Source of the DNA: Candidatus Latescibacterota bacterium
Lineage (GTDB): Bacteria; Latescibacterota; UBA2968; UBA8231
Direction of reading: 5' to 3'
Assembly: GCA_965223905.1 (NCBI GenBank)
Contig: CBDCXV010000011.1
Coordinates: 1,984,001-2,048,000 of the forward strand
DNA length: 64,000 bases
The notes under the pieces are model-generated. The model ran no database searches, had not been told where the DNA came from, and saw only the letters and a list, made by a program, of their open reading frames with translations. The position numbers and the translations under genes are program-made. This document shows positions 31,301 through 41,885 of this stretch, piece after piece; position 1 is the stretch's first letter, and each line of letters begins with the position of its first letter.

Positions 31301-32054
31301 ACCATAGAAGGATTGGTCGTAATTTCATCCCTATCGTACACCAAACTATTACCATGAAACTTAAAATCCACCCCGTAAACCTCAGCTTCCTGCGGGTTAC
31401 GGCTGGTCACCTTGACATTGATCTTGGCCCAGTCGCCCTCATGGTCATTTGTAAAGTCATTATATGGATAGAAGCAGAAATATTTAATGATGACAGATCC
31501 GTGATTATCCGCGGCATCGCGGGTAAATACACGGGCGTATACGGTATTCGGGAAATTTTTTCCTGCCTTGAGGCCAGATTCATACTCTCTATTCCAAGAT
31601 TCCTTGTCTTCTCCGGGGTAATCAAAAAAAAATGTGGGCTTACCCATTCTCCCCCTAACTCAGTTGGAGAATCCATACCTAGATAAGCAAATTTGTTGTC
31701 GGCAAAATTGACATTGGCAAACCCCTGACTTCCAAGCAAATTCTCAAGCTCTCTCCACTGAACAGGAGTACGTCCATTCTGACTTAAGCTATTCCCGTCT
31801 GCGGTCCAAACGCTGAAGTATACATTCCATAACGATTCTGCACCCATGATTTCAACTGGTTCAGGCCGGAGTACTTCGCGGCCAGGTCGAGTGGGGTTCT
31901 TTGTAAGCACGAGCACGGGAGCGAACTTGCTTGCAAGGGTCGAGTCACTTGCCGAGTTAGCTACAAAATCAGCATATACTTGGGGACACGGCTGATAAAG
32001 TACCGCAAAAACTATGAAGACAACACGGGCAACATCCGATTTCATTTCTCCCAT
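28331..32054 (-). pseudogene. Giant surface protein A: signal peptide, Vps62/NPP1-like head, Fn3 and Calx-beta-like repeats; split over four ORFs
   Basis: ORFs 31407..32108, 30418..31647, 28500..30512 and 28331..28600 join up. Shifts at A9 (31624-31632) and C9 (30522-30530), deletion at ~28560. Motifs YPYND..HEGDW, GSHA, FQVRAVN. Confidence 0.75.
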
Positions 32055-35000
32055 CCTTCCATTTTTTGCATCTCCTATGCTAACGAATTCGTCGATCCAG
32101 GTAGACATTTGCTTCGATCAGCGCACTACCGACTATTGCGTACGTTGCAAGACCAAGTCCTATTTCCAAACCCAGATTAAACTTTTTGGGCATTGGAATC
32201 GAAAATCCAGCTCCCAATCGTACATATTCAAAAAAATTGCCAACGTCGCTAGCGGTTTGCAGCAACGAGGCATAACGATAATCTTCCTGGCTCCTTCCTT
32301 CCAAGCGAGATCTTCGACGTTCTCCCGCGGCGGTACCTAACCATATCCCTCCAACTCCACCATAGACGAAAGTCCGAGGGATTATTGTATATATGTACCC
32401 CGTCAGATCTGCACCTGCCCATGACAACAAACCGCCTTGTTGATCCTCCGTGCCTACCGAAAGATTGACCTGAAAATCCAGGTTTGAATCACGAACGCGT
32501 TTTGCAAAAAAAGAAACTCCCCTGTAGGAATACAAACATATATAGAGACAATCATATTGAGGTATGTCAAAAGAGATCCGGCGCCCTGAAATGCCCCCGT
32601 ACCACGAATTCTTTTTTGAATTTATGAATTCATTAATCTGTTGATTTTCAACATCAAAAGCGCAGTCGCCTGGGTCCACTATCGGGATGGAAGCCGCAGC
32701 GGCCTCCGTCTCGACCGCCACATCGGGCCGCCTACTTTCCCGGTCCGCCGATGTCGGGGGATGTGCGCCCACCAGGACCAGCGTTTGGATACACTGGAGG
32801 GTAATTCGCCACAGCCGACCATCTCGTCCCAAGGCAAGGGTCAACGTCTTCTCATCGACCGATTTAATGTAGCCTCTACTCGTAACCGGCGGTCCCCACT
32901 CCCCCGATACCGAGTGGGGCATTTCTCGCCCATGGATTATCACGGCAAAGGCACCCACCGGCACCGTGCTGCTATCGATCTCTTCGGTTTCCAGAATCAA
33001 CCCTTCCTGTGCCGCCTCGGCCGGATTACTGGCTGCGCCCGCATGTCCACGTTCAACCGTTGGAAGAACCAAATATACCGTGACAAGAAATCGAAAAGCT
33101 GTTTTCATAATCTCCATCTCCCTTTCTCAAGAACCGGGCAGGGCCGTCACCGTCATCTCGTGGGTCGTGTCCGCGGAGACGAAAGACCGTTGTCGGTCGC
33201 CTTCACCGTCACCTCGTAGACATTGTCGCCGCCGGCCTCCCCCGAGGACTCGTAGTGCTGTCGATCTCTCCTGTTCCAAGTATCACCCCGACCCTTGAGT
33301 CGGCTTTGTATCTGGTCGTCCACGCCTCCGGCCACGCCCCCCCGGCCAGCGGTTTGCTCTACCCTGCAGATCGTAGCCGCTGACCGCCTGCTTGATAGCT
33401 CACCCTCACCCGCAGCTTCTGCCCGACGTCGGCCGTTCCCGGCGTGTACCTCGCCGCCGTCGAGTCGTTAATCGCCGCCCACGAAGCCGTCACCTCGGCC
33501 CACCGCTGCCACCGCCACCCCTCGGGATTCACCCTCACGTCGCCGTCCGGATCTCTCAGCTCGGCCCTCAGCGCCTGGCCTACCTCCGGGGACGCCGGCG
33601 ATATGGTCACCGTGCCCGGCTCGTCCTTGGTGGTCACCGGTCACGGCCACGGGGAACGGGGCCGAGAAGTACGCCCCCACGTAGACGGCCTGCAAATCCA
33701 CGCCCGCATCGGCCGTCACCGTAACCGGAAGCGCCACCGCCCGGGTCGCCTTGGCCGACAAGGCCACCTCCACCGACACCGGCGCCCCCCCTTCCTGCGC
33801 CTCGTAGCTCGACGCCCCAAAGGCCACCTGAGGCTGCACCGGCGTCACCAACACCGGATCCGTTAACACACCCTCCGCCGCGGCGGACTTCGCCCGCACC
33901 CTGAACAGATATTCCACCCCGTTCGTCAGGTTTTCTACCCGGATATACCGGATCCTTCGTCCCTCATACTCGATGCGGGCCACGTCTCCGTCGGCCACCT
34001 TGGTCCATTCCATCTTGGCCGGCCTCTTCCTTTTCCCGTAGCGCCAATGGGTAATGCTGGCATCGGCGGAAGCGTCCCATAGCAGCAGCACCGCCTCATG
34101 GTCCGGCCACACCTCGAAACCCGTCGGCGGCGGCAACATCACCCCACGGGTCGGCTCACTCTGAACAAATCGGGAATAGCTGCCCGCATCCGGCACATAC
34201 CGCACCATCGCCCGCAACTGACGACCCAGATCCGCCCGCAACGGCGTGTAGCTGGCCGAGGTCGACGAGCCCGACAGATCCGACCAGGGCGCACTGTCGC
34301 TGTCATTCCGGCCCTGCCACTGCCAGCTCCCAGCGCTCACCCCCTCCAGAGAAGCCGTCAGTGCAACCCCCGGCTGCGGCCTCTTGGTGCTCAACGACAC
34401 CTCCTCCTCGCAATTGCTCAACGTGGTGTTCGTCATCGTCACCGTGCCCGACGTATGGGCCTGCACACAGCCACCCCCGTCCCGGATCGTGGCCCCGCTC
34501 AGATCGGCGCTGCCCCCGCTTTCCACCCGGATGCCCGACCAGGCGGAGGGGGACGGGGAAACAGCATTGCTTGACCGGAAGGTGACCCCCGTGCCCGCGC
34601 CAAGCGTACCCGACACGATCAGCGCCCCCGGGCTGAACGACACCTCCGTTCCCGAACCCAGGCTCAACGTCACCCCCGAAGGGATCGTCACCTCCCCGTC
34701 CACACAGACCGCGCCGCTCCACGTCGTATCCGACGACAGCGAGCCCGACCACTTCGGCGCCAACGCCAAAACCCGCACCGAGTCCCCGGCTCCCGCGTCG
34801 TTGCGCGCCCGAACCTCGAAGTAGTAGGTCGTGCAACTCCCCACCGACAGCGTCAGGCTCGTCGGAAGCGCCTCCTCCGGGGACGGCACCGCCGTCCAGT
34901 CCGACCACGTGCGCTCCCCGCCGCTCAATTGATAGGCGCCCTGACGATACTCATACCCCGTCAACGCCGTGCCCCCATCCGACAACGGCGCATCCCACGA

Positions 35001-35690
35001 AAGCTCCACCTGACCGTTCGCACCCGACGCTTCAGGGTTGCGAACCGGGGGCGGCCCCCGGCCCGGCGTCGCCTGAGCCTTTGACGAGTCCCCTGAACCC
35101 ACCGCGTTGACCGCACGCACCTCGAAGGTGTACTCCGTGCCGTTGCTCAGGCTCATCAGCGTGTGGCTCGCCGTCGTCGAATCGCTGTCCGCAATCGCCC
35201 CCCAGTCCGGAGACCACGTGACCGCCCCGTCCGCGCTTTGACGATACTCATACCCCGTCAAAGACGAGCCGTTGTTGAAAGGCGTCTGCCACGTCAGAAC
35301 AACCTGAGCGTCCCCCGGATCCGCTTCCAGGTTGCCCGGCGCATCCGGCTTCCCAACCGGCATCGCCCGCCGGGAGAACGAGACCGCTCCGGCCCGGTAA
35401 CTCCCCGCCGTGAGCTGGTACACCCCCCGCACCTGGAACCCGTAGACTTCCCCGTTCGCCAGGCCCGTGACCGTGTGCGACGTCGTCGACCCCGTGCTGC
35501 CGGGCACGTCCTGCCACTCCCCCCACGAGCCGAGGCCCCGCTGCTGCCGATACTGCCACTCCTCGAGCCTGTCGTGGCCCGGGCTGTCCCAGCTCAGCGT
35601 CACCTGACCGTCGCCGGCCTGCGCCCGCAAGGGTACCACCGCCACCGAGTCCGACGCCACGCCCGGCACCCCGTCCGCGTTGACCAGCCG
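28640..35690. repeat. Shared ~350-bp Fn3-coding segment in proteins A (~28640-29020) and B (~35320-35690)
   Basis: VNADGV.G.ASDSVAV.PLRAQAG.GQV.LSWD...WQDVPGST...RAGAVSFSR is nearly identical at the DNA level. Confidence 0.8.
32080..33117 (-). CDS. Secreted protein: one copy of the ~85-aa domain plus a putative small outer-membrane beta-barrel
   Basis: Signal peptide; GLILETEEIDSSTV...RGYIKSVDEKTLTLA...IQTLVLVG; amphipathic strands FVYGGVGG, RLGAGFSI, LGLEIGLG. Confidence 0.65.
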   Translation of the reverse strand: MEIMKTAFRFLVTVYLVLPTVERGHAGAASNPAEAAQEGLILETEEIDSSTVPVGAFAVIIHGREMPHSVSGEWGPPVTSRGYIKSVDEKTLTLALGRDGRLWRITLQCIQTLVLVGAHPPTSADRESRRPDVAVETEAAAASIPIVDPGDCAFDVENQQINEFINSKKNSWYGGISGRRISFDIPQYDCLYICLYSYRGVSFFAKRVRDSNLDFQVNLSVGTEDQQGGLLSWAGADLTGYIYTIIPRTFVYGGVGGIWLGTAAGERRRSRLEGRSQEDYRYASLLQTASDVGNFFEYVRLGAGFSIPMPKKFNLGLEIGLGLATYAIVGSALIEANVYLDRRIR

Positions 35691-36030
35691 CACGCGGATC
35701 TGGTGCACCACCGTGTCGGCCAGGCCCGACACCCGCACCGTGTCCCCTGCCGCCTCCACCCGCACCGGGGTCGCCGCCGCTCCACCACCGGAGGCGCCCC
35801 TGGCGCCGCTGGCCCCGGAGGCGCCACTCCCTCCGCCTGCCGGGGCGCGGGCCTTGACAAATAGCCCCACCTCGCCGCCGCTGTTCACCTGAGCCTCGAA
35901 ACCGAGCGCCGGGAGGGCAGTGCCGGATAACGGCTCGAACTCCTCCCGCCCGCAAGGCGGGCGCAGGCAATCCAAGACGATGAACTCCATCTTCCAGTTG
36001 GTCGCCGATTCCTCCGAGGATTGCTCCGAC
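33150..36030 (-). pseudogene. Giant surface protein B fragment: Fn3 repeats, Calx-beta-like, Ig and cadherin-like pieces
   Basis: Many LxNGxEYxFxVRA repeats, VAFGASSYEAQEG, DEPGTVTISP...YTPGTADVG, DNVYEVTVKATD. No N-terminus; several internal breaks. Confidence 0.75.
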
Positions 36031-36831
36031 AGGTGCGCGCCGCCGCCGCGCCGGGAGACTCCGGTACCAGCGAACGAACTCAACCTTCCCGGCATCCTTG
36101 AAAAACCGGGCCGGGTTTTCCGCCAGCACCTCGCTGGCCGTGTCCACCATCGGTCTCGACTCCACACACGTCACCGTCGCCGAACCCAGCCGCTGCGTGC
36201 GCACGATGCCGGCTGCCTCCAGGGCGCGTCCCATGGGTGTTCGGTCGTAGTAGGGAAAAGGGGGCTCGACCGAGAACTCGCTCCAGTACGGCTCGATGAA
36301 GACGCACTGCTGGTAGTGGAACATCGTGTTGACCTCCCAGTCGACACCCAGGAGCACGAGGGTGGCGTCGAGGTCGTAAAATCGCTGCCACGGGCTTTCG
36401 TGGCCGAAGGCCAGCTCCCCCCAGGGGCTCGGTCGTCCCTTCCCGCGGTCGTGCCCGGTCGTTATCTCCTCCGCCCGCGCCCCGATAGCCGCGACACTGT
36501 GGGTTGGATTGTTGCTGCGCCGCGCCTCGGCGCGCAGTCGAGCGGTTTCGGTGATGCGTCCGACCTCGGAAGGGGTCCGCTGAACATCGAACGGCGGCCG
36601 CGGCCCCTGGGCGGCGTAGACGATGGTGGGAACACAGAACGTTCCTGCCGGACCGAGGACGTGCAGGAACGCATCGATGACGGTATCGGCCCCGCCTTCC
36701 ACGTACCCCATGCTGCTGAGCGAGCTGTGGATGTAGACGACGCCGCCGTCACCGATGCTCAACTGCCGCAGGGCGCCCGCGATATCTTCGAAGGTTACCA
36801 GCGGTCCGTCCGGAATGCGCCCGCCTGCCAT
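36030..36831 (-). CDS. AAC(3) family N-acetyltransferase domain, 3' end fused to the Fn3 fragment
   Basis: YIHSSLSSMGYVEGG, RSNNPTHSVAAIG, FGHESPW, LLGV...NTMFH. No own stop before the junction at ~36030. Confidence 0.8.
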
Positions 36832-37003
36832 TGCGCCCCCCTTTCGCGTTCAACTGGATTGCTTCGATCGATCCAAACTTCGGCTCTGCGCCTGTTCTGA
36901 CATAGGCCGTAAGGAATTCGCTCCGGCCTTGATTGCCAACTATAGTTGGCGTCTCTAATTTCTACTGCAACCATGCGTAGCAGCACCAGGATAGGGTCTT
37001 AGG

Positions 37004-37333
37004 ATGGCTGCAGAGAAACATGTCATTTTCTACCGGGATGCGGCCGGGAAGGAGCCGTTCAACGACTGGTTGAAAAGCCTGCGCGACGCACGGGCAAGGC
37101 GCCGAATTCTGAGCCGTTTGTTGCGTGTCGAAAGTGGAAACTATGGCGATTGCAGATCGCTCAAGGAGGGTGTTTTTGAGTTGCGCTTTTTCTTTGGCCC
37201 CGGCTACCGCGCGTATTTCGGAGAAGTTGGAGACACGATAGTTGTGCTGCTGTGCGGGGGAGACAAGAGCAGTCAGCTCCAGGATGTTGCGAAAGCAAGA
37301 GCATATTGGAAGGAGTATTTGAGCCATGTCTAA
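37004..37333 (+). CDS. RelE/ParE-family toxin (HI1419/Gp49-like)
   Basis: GNYGD...GVFELR..GPGYRAYF...LLCGGDKSSQ. Confidence 0.92.
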   Translation: MAAEKHVIFYRDAAGKEPFNDWLKSLRDARARRRILSRLLRVESGNYGDCRSLKEGVFELRFFFGPGYRAYFGEVGDTIVVLLCGGDKSSQLQDVAKARAYWKEYLSHV

Positions 37334-37643
37334 GTACAGGACGTTGGGACAAGTGACCGAGCAGTATTTCAGAGAGCACCCCGAGGAGATAGAGGACTTT
37401 CTGACGGAGAACTTCGAGGAGTACGCCGCGGATGGCGATTCCGCGGCGTTGCTGTCTGCGTTGCGAATCGTTGCCCGCGTCAGGAGCCTGTCTGCGCTAG
37501 CCGATGAAGTCGGGATGACTCGTCATGGATTGCAGAAAGCGCTCTCTTCCAAAGGGAATCCGCGCCTCGACAACATCAACTCGATAATGCGGGCGATGGG
37601 ATACCGACTTATGCCGCAGAAGGTGGCGGAACGCGCTGAGTAA
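37326..37643 (+). CDS. HTH antitoxin (HI1420-like addiction module antidote)
   Basis: LADEVGMTRHGLQKALSSKGNPRL; overlaps the toxin. Confidence 0.9.
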   Translation: MSKYRTLGQVTEQYFREHPEEIEDFLTENFEEYAADGDSAALLSALRIVARVRSLSALADEVGMTRHGLQKALSSKGNPRLDNINSIMRAMGYRLMPQKVAERAE

Positions 37644-37678
37644 GTGGATACACCGCTGGTTCAGCGCCTGTGGTTCAG

Positions 37679-38470
37679 CTAATCCGGGTCGCTCCCCACT
37701 GCGTCGAGGCGCGCCATCTCCTCGGCTCCCAACTGCCAGTCGAACAAATCGAGATTGGCGCGCAAATGTGCCGTTGAGCTGGCCTTGGGGATGACGACCA
37801 TGTCTTTTTGCAAAAGCCACTTCATGGCCACCTGTGCCGGGGTTTTGCCGTGTTCGGCGGCCACCTGTTTCAGAGCCTTGTCCCGGGCCAGCTCGCCCTG
37901 GGCCAGCGGGCGGTGCGCGGTCAGCACCACATCGTGGGCATGGCAGTGGCGGCGCAGTTTTTCGCGGTTGTGGCGCAGGTGGTATTCCACCTGGTTGGTG
38001 CAGATGGGCAAACCGGTGGCGGCCCGGGCCCGGTCGGTCTGCTCGATGCTGAAGTTGCTGATACCAATGCTGCGGGCCTGGCCGGCCCGGTGGATCTTCT
38101 CGAAGGCGGCCAGGGTGCGCTCCACCGGCACGCCCTGACCGGGGTGGTGGATGAGCAGGAGGTCGACGTATCCGGTCCGCAGATCGCGCAGAATCTCCTC
38201 CATCTGCTCCAGGGTCGACTCGTACTCCAGGTGCGAATGCCAGATCTTGGAGGTGATGAAGAGCCGGTCGCGGTCGGCTCCCACCTCCTTCAGGGTGCGG
38301 CCGATGGCATCCTGGTTCTGGTACATCCAGGCCGAATCCAGGTGCGTATAGCCCAGTTCGAGGGCCTCTTCGACCACGGCCTGGCACTGCTTTCCGCGCA
38401 ACAGCCAGGTGCCCAGGCCCAGTTGCGGGATGGCGTGGCCCGAGGCCAAGGTAACGTTCGGCACGCTCAT
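37679..38470 (-). CDS. Aldo/keto reductase
   Basis: IPQLGLGTW, DSAWMY, LFITSK, YVDLLLIH, SIGISNF, VIPKAS. Confidence 0.92.
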   Translation of the reverse strand: MSVPNVTLASGHAIPQLGLGTWLLRGKQCQAVVEEALELGYTHLDSAWMYQNQDAIGRTLKEVGADRDRLFITSKIWHSHLEYESTLEQMEEILRDLRTGYVDLLLIHHPGQGVPVERTLAAFEKIHRAGQARSIGISNFSIEQTDRARAATGLPICTNQVEYHLRHNREKLRRHCHAHDVVLTAHRPLAQGELARDKALKQVAAEHGKTPAQVAMKWLLQKDMVVIPKASSTAHLRANLDLFDWQLGAEEMARLDAVGSDPD

Positions 38471-38525
38471 GTTGATCCTCCTGCCCCTCCTCGCTGGATG
38501 GCCGCTGGAAGTTACTGGTCGAAGG

Positions 38526-39707
38526 TCAGGCGCACGCGGGCGCAGAACACGTCGACACGCGCCAGTCGCTGGGCGTTCGCACACACCGGTCTGAACCGCG
38601 TTCCTCGGCGATGGTTTCGCCGCCGGCATGGACGACGCGTTCGACTCCCTGCCAATCCTCCGGAATGCGCAGCATGTGGGCCTGGTAGTTCACTTCCACC
38701 GTGTGCCGCGCCGACAGGGCCCCGAAGCGGGGCACGCCCAAGAGCGGTCCGGCCATCATGGTGTCCATGACCCTGTGTGCCAGGGCGACCGAGCCGAACT
38801 CGACACCCCATGCAATCGTCCTGTTGCTGTAAGGGAGGAACTCGGCGGCCTCGTGCTCGTACCACAAGGTGGTCCAGGGAAATACCTCATGGGGAAAGAC
38901 GTACACGAGCAATAATCCGAGCCGGGGATTCGAGACCGCGGTAAACGCGTAGTCTCCCTCCGGTTCGAGAAGGACCGTGGCCACCGCCATGTAGCGATCC
39001 TCCGGATAGCGGCTCAGGTCGGCGGTGCCGCGATCGCCCTGAAGCAGAGCCCCAGGCCAGTCGAAAGACTGGTCCGGCAGCAGGGGGTCGGTGTCGTGGA
39101 TGGCGACCGGATTCGTCTGTCCCCTCCTTGCCGGCAGGTCGAGGCGGGTCAGGCCCCCTTCGACAAAAGGGGGTCCCATCGTCACGTGCTGCTGGCAGAA
39201 GAACGGGGCGTCCGAGCGCCGCAGGTTGGTCGTGCGCTCCCTGATGTAGAGGGTCGATTCGCCCGGTCGTATCTCCAGGGTGCGGAGAAAGCGCATCCGC
39301 GCATCCGGCAGGTCGAGGCCGTAATCGAGGCGGGCACTGCCCGCATCGGCCTGTTGGGCGAACACCGTCCAGGGCAGATTGGACGCTTCCCCGTGGTGAT
39401 ATCCGCCGGCTGCCTCTTCCGCTTCGCTGATGTCGCCGAAATGATTGAGACAGAGCGAGTGGCCGGCGAGCGAAGCGAGCAGACGCCCCTCACCGGGACC
39501 GTAGATTTCCAGATGCTTCTGCGGATCCCAGGCCTCCGGCTCGATCAACGGCCAGGGCGGTTCCCACAGCGGGTTCACATCGACATCCGGGCGGCGCAGA
39601 CTCGCCAGGTGTCCGCAGCCGGTCAGCGCGGTCACCTGCAACGCATCGCTCTCGAGACGAATCGCCTGGCGGTCGCGGAAGGTAGTGGTGTCGCATGTCA
39701 GATTCAC
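38526..39707 (-). CDS. Galactose mutarotase-like (DUF4432/aldose epimerase fold) protein
   Basis: HHGEA, QQHVTMGPPF, FPWTTLW, WGVEFG. Confidence 0.65.
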   Translation of the reverse strand: MNLTCDTTTFRDRQAIRLESDALQVTALTGCGHLASLRRPDVDVNPLWEPPWPLIEPEAWDPQKHLEIYGPGEGRLLASLAGHSLCLNHFGDISEAEEAAGGYHHGEASNLPWTVFAQQADAGSARLDYGLDLPDARMRFLRTLEIRPGESTLYIRERTTNLRRSDAPFFCQQHVTMGPPFVEGGLTRLDLPARRGQTNPVAIHDTDPLLPDQSFDWPGALLQGDRGTADLSRYPEDRYMAVATVLLEPEGDYAFTAVSNPRLGLLLVYVFPHEVFPWTTLWYEHEAAEFLPYSNRTIAWGVEFGSVALAHRVMDTMMAGPLLGVPRFGALSARHTVEVNYQAHMLRIPEDWQGVERVVHAGGETIAEERGSDRCVRTPSDWRVSTCSAPACA

Positions 39708-39932
39708 TGCACTCTTCTCCGGTCTGGATGTATCGCTTTCGAATCGGTCACCCTCGCCCCACCAGTTTATGGAAACAGCAGACGAACGCCACTGTGCCGG
39801 GAATATTGTTGCCGCCTGTACTCCAGCTCGATGCAGCCGCGGTATCCGCCTGGATCCATGACCTTGAACAGCCGCTTCCGGTCGAGCGTGCTATCGGCCA
39901 GGCTGGTGCTTCAGCTGCCACAAGCCCCGCCT

Positions 39933-41345
39933 TCATACAAACAGCTCTTGTACCAGCGTCCGAGCCTGCTCGACCACTGTTTCGAGGCAACCGGGGGCGA
40001 GCTTGGCCCAGTAGGTAACGTCTTCGTTGGCCTCGTGTCCGCCTCGGGCGCAGGCCTCCCGCGTCGGCAGGTAGCCGACATAGTGGGTCGTGAGGTGAGC
40101 TGGAAAGAGAAAAGGCGCCGCCGAGTTCGTTTTGAGCGCGAGCTGTCCTTCGACAAAAGGTTCCCCGGGCAGGCCGACTACGCCGAGGTCGCCGATGCGG
40201 AAAGCCTGGATTTCATAGGGGAACTCGGCGTCCCGCTGCCGGCACAGCTCGACGCTGCGGGTCGATGCGGCCCGGAACCAGCGCGGATCCACTTCGCCGT
40301 TTGCCCCGCGCGGCGGTTGTGGACTCTCAGCGAGAATCGCGTTGACCTCGCGCAAGCGCCCGGCCGGAATCTCGCGGAAGGGCAGGCCGACCTTTTCGAC
40401 CCTGCAAGCCAACGCAGCGTTGTCGGCAAACGCCATAGCGTGAACGATTCGTTCGCTCATCCGGGCCAGTTCGCGCCCCATCCGCCGGTGGTCCGGCAGG
40501 AAATCCGGGTCGAAGGGATGCCAGGGGTTGATGTTGCCGCAACAGCCGTTGACGACCAACGGCACGGCGCCGGAGCCGAACCGCTGCTGCATCTCCCGCG
40601 TCCAGGCGCCGGGCCAATCCGCCGACACGGCCCGGTAGGTCTCCGGGCACCCGAACGCATTGACCGGGTGACAGGTGTAGTGCAGGAGAAAGGCCAGCGG
40701 CTTCATGTCCATGTCCTGGACGCAGCAGACGCCGACTTCAGGATCAATCGGCCCTTCGAGGTAGCAGATATCCGCGTTCCCGAACGGCTGTTCCTCCCGG
40801 CCCCGGGGCTTGGGCATGGCGATGGTGCCGTCCCGGCGTATGCCGCGGCGATTGAAAGCCAGGTCCCCCAACACGCCGCGCCCCAGACCGATGCGCACGG
40901 GTTGCAGCCTGGCCACTGCTTCAACCGCTGCCTCCACCGCGGCGGCAGCGGCCCGGTTGCCGTAGGCGCGCTCGGCCCCACGCAGATACTCGGTCTCCTT
41001 TGTGGTTTCCAAGGGGAAATCCGGATCCAGCAAAAAGCAGCCGAGGCTCGGGGCCGAGTGCGTCTGGGTCGCCTGGACCATGATCGCCTCGGGCGGGATG
41101 CCCGTTTCCTCGCCGATGGCAGCGCGGATCTGGTCCGTGTAGTCGCCGGTGACCATGGTGAGATCCAGGATCACCATGCAGACGCGCCGCTCGCGGGCTT
41201 CGAAGACTATGGCCTTGGCAAAGAGCGGGTCCATCACGGCCTGGGCCGGGCGGTGCTCTCCGGCCCCGCTGCCTGCCAGGTGCGTACCTGCGGGCGGGGT
41301 GATGTCCTTCATCGCCGCGCCGGCTCTCAGGGTGGTCTCGTGCAT
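39933..41345 (-). CDS. Neutral/alkaline ceramidase-like hydrolase
   Basis: DITPP, DPLFAKA, ATQTHSAP, YTCHP, SADWPG, NGCCGNINP, PGEPFVE, GYLPT. Confidence 0.85.
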   Translation of the reverse strand: MHETTLRAGAAMKDITPPAGTHLAGSGAGEHRPAQAVMDPLFAKAIVFEARERRVCMVILDLTMVTGDYTDQIRAAIGEETGIPPEAIMVQATQTHSAPSLGCFLLDPDFPLETTKETEYLRGAERAYGNRAAAAAVEAAVEAVARLQPVRIGLGRGVLGDLAFNRRGIRRDGTIAMPKPRGREEQPFGNADICYLEGPIDPEVGVCCVQDMDMKPLAFLLHYTCHPVNAFGCPETYRAVSADWPGAWTREMQQRFGSGAVPLVVNGCCGNINPWHPFDPDFLPDHRRMGRELARMSERIVHAMAFADNAALACRVEKVGLPFREIPAGRLREVNAILAESPQPPRGANGEVDPRWFRAASTRSVELCRQRDAEFPYEIQAFRIGDLGVVGLPGEPFVEGQLALKTNSAAPFLFPAHLTTHYVGYLPTREACARGGHEANEDVTYWAKLAPGCLETVVEQARTLVQELFV

Positions 41346-41669
41346 GGTTTTCCGTCTGGCGCCAAGGGCGTATAAAGCGCAGAATAGGCACGGCGTGGGT
41401 CAGCGCTCTGATCCAAAGGACAGGATAACTGGATTTTAGCTGGTTTGGGAAGGATCCAGCCGGTCGCGCGAAAATGTGTGTTGTTCGGCCTGAGGAGAAA
41501 TTGAGGGAGGGCACACAGAATTGGAACGAGAAGGTTCTCTTTGAACGGCTGGCGGAGGAGGCCATCAACCTGGATCAACCGGTATTCTTGCTAGAGTCCA
41601 CCGGCCCATCTGCTGCGCTATAAATGACCGAAGAGCATTATTTTTGCCCTTTCAGGAATATGTGGTGCT

Positions 41670-41885
41670 TCACGCTTCAATCGGGGTCAGATGAAACACA
41701 CGAGACATCCGAGCCGCGTGCTCTAGATCACCCTTCCTTAGAGCCTCACGAACATCATCCAGCTTTTCAGCGTCCCTAACTGAAAGGTAGGGCGGCCATC
41801 CGGCGTCCCCATCGATCAGCTCCACCTCCACCTCCGCAGCATATTCCCCTGCGCGCACCAGTTTCGTAGTCACTCTGTTCGTCAT
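41670..41885 (-). CDS. Small partner (putative antitoxin) of the DUF4258 protein
   Basis: 71 aa, KLVRAGEYAAEVEVEL...KLDDVREALR; ATGA overlap with the upstream gene. Confidence 0.7.
   Translation of the reverse strand: MTNRVTTKLVRAGEYAAEVEVELIDGDAGWPPYLSVRDAEKLDDVREALRKGDLEHAARMSRVFHLTPIEA

Noticed and set aside
35248-36030. AAC(3) as a 527-aa fusion or a true aminoglycoside resistance gene
   Set aside because: The tail is an out-of-frame read of Fn3 DNA. AAC(3)/YokD-like homologs often have other substrates.
1298-41375. Long antisense ORFs (1298..3448, 14617..16233, 24681..25952, 39096..41375)
   Set aside because: GC-rich shadow frames opposite recognisable genes.
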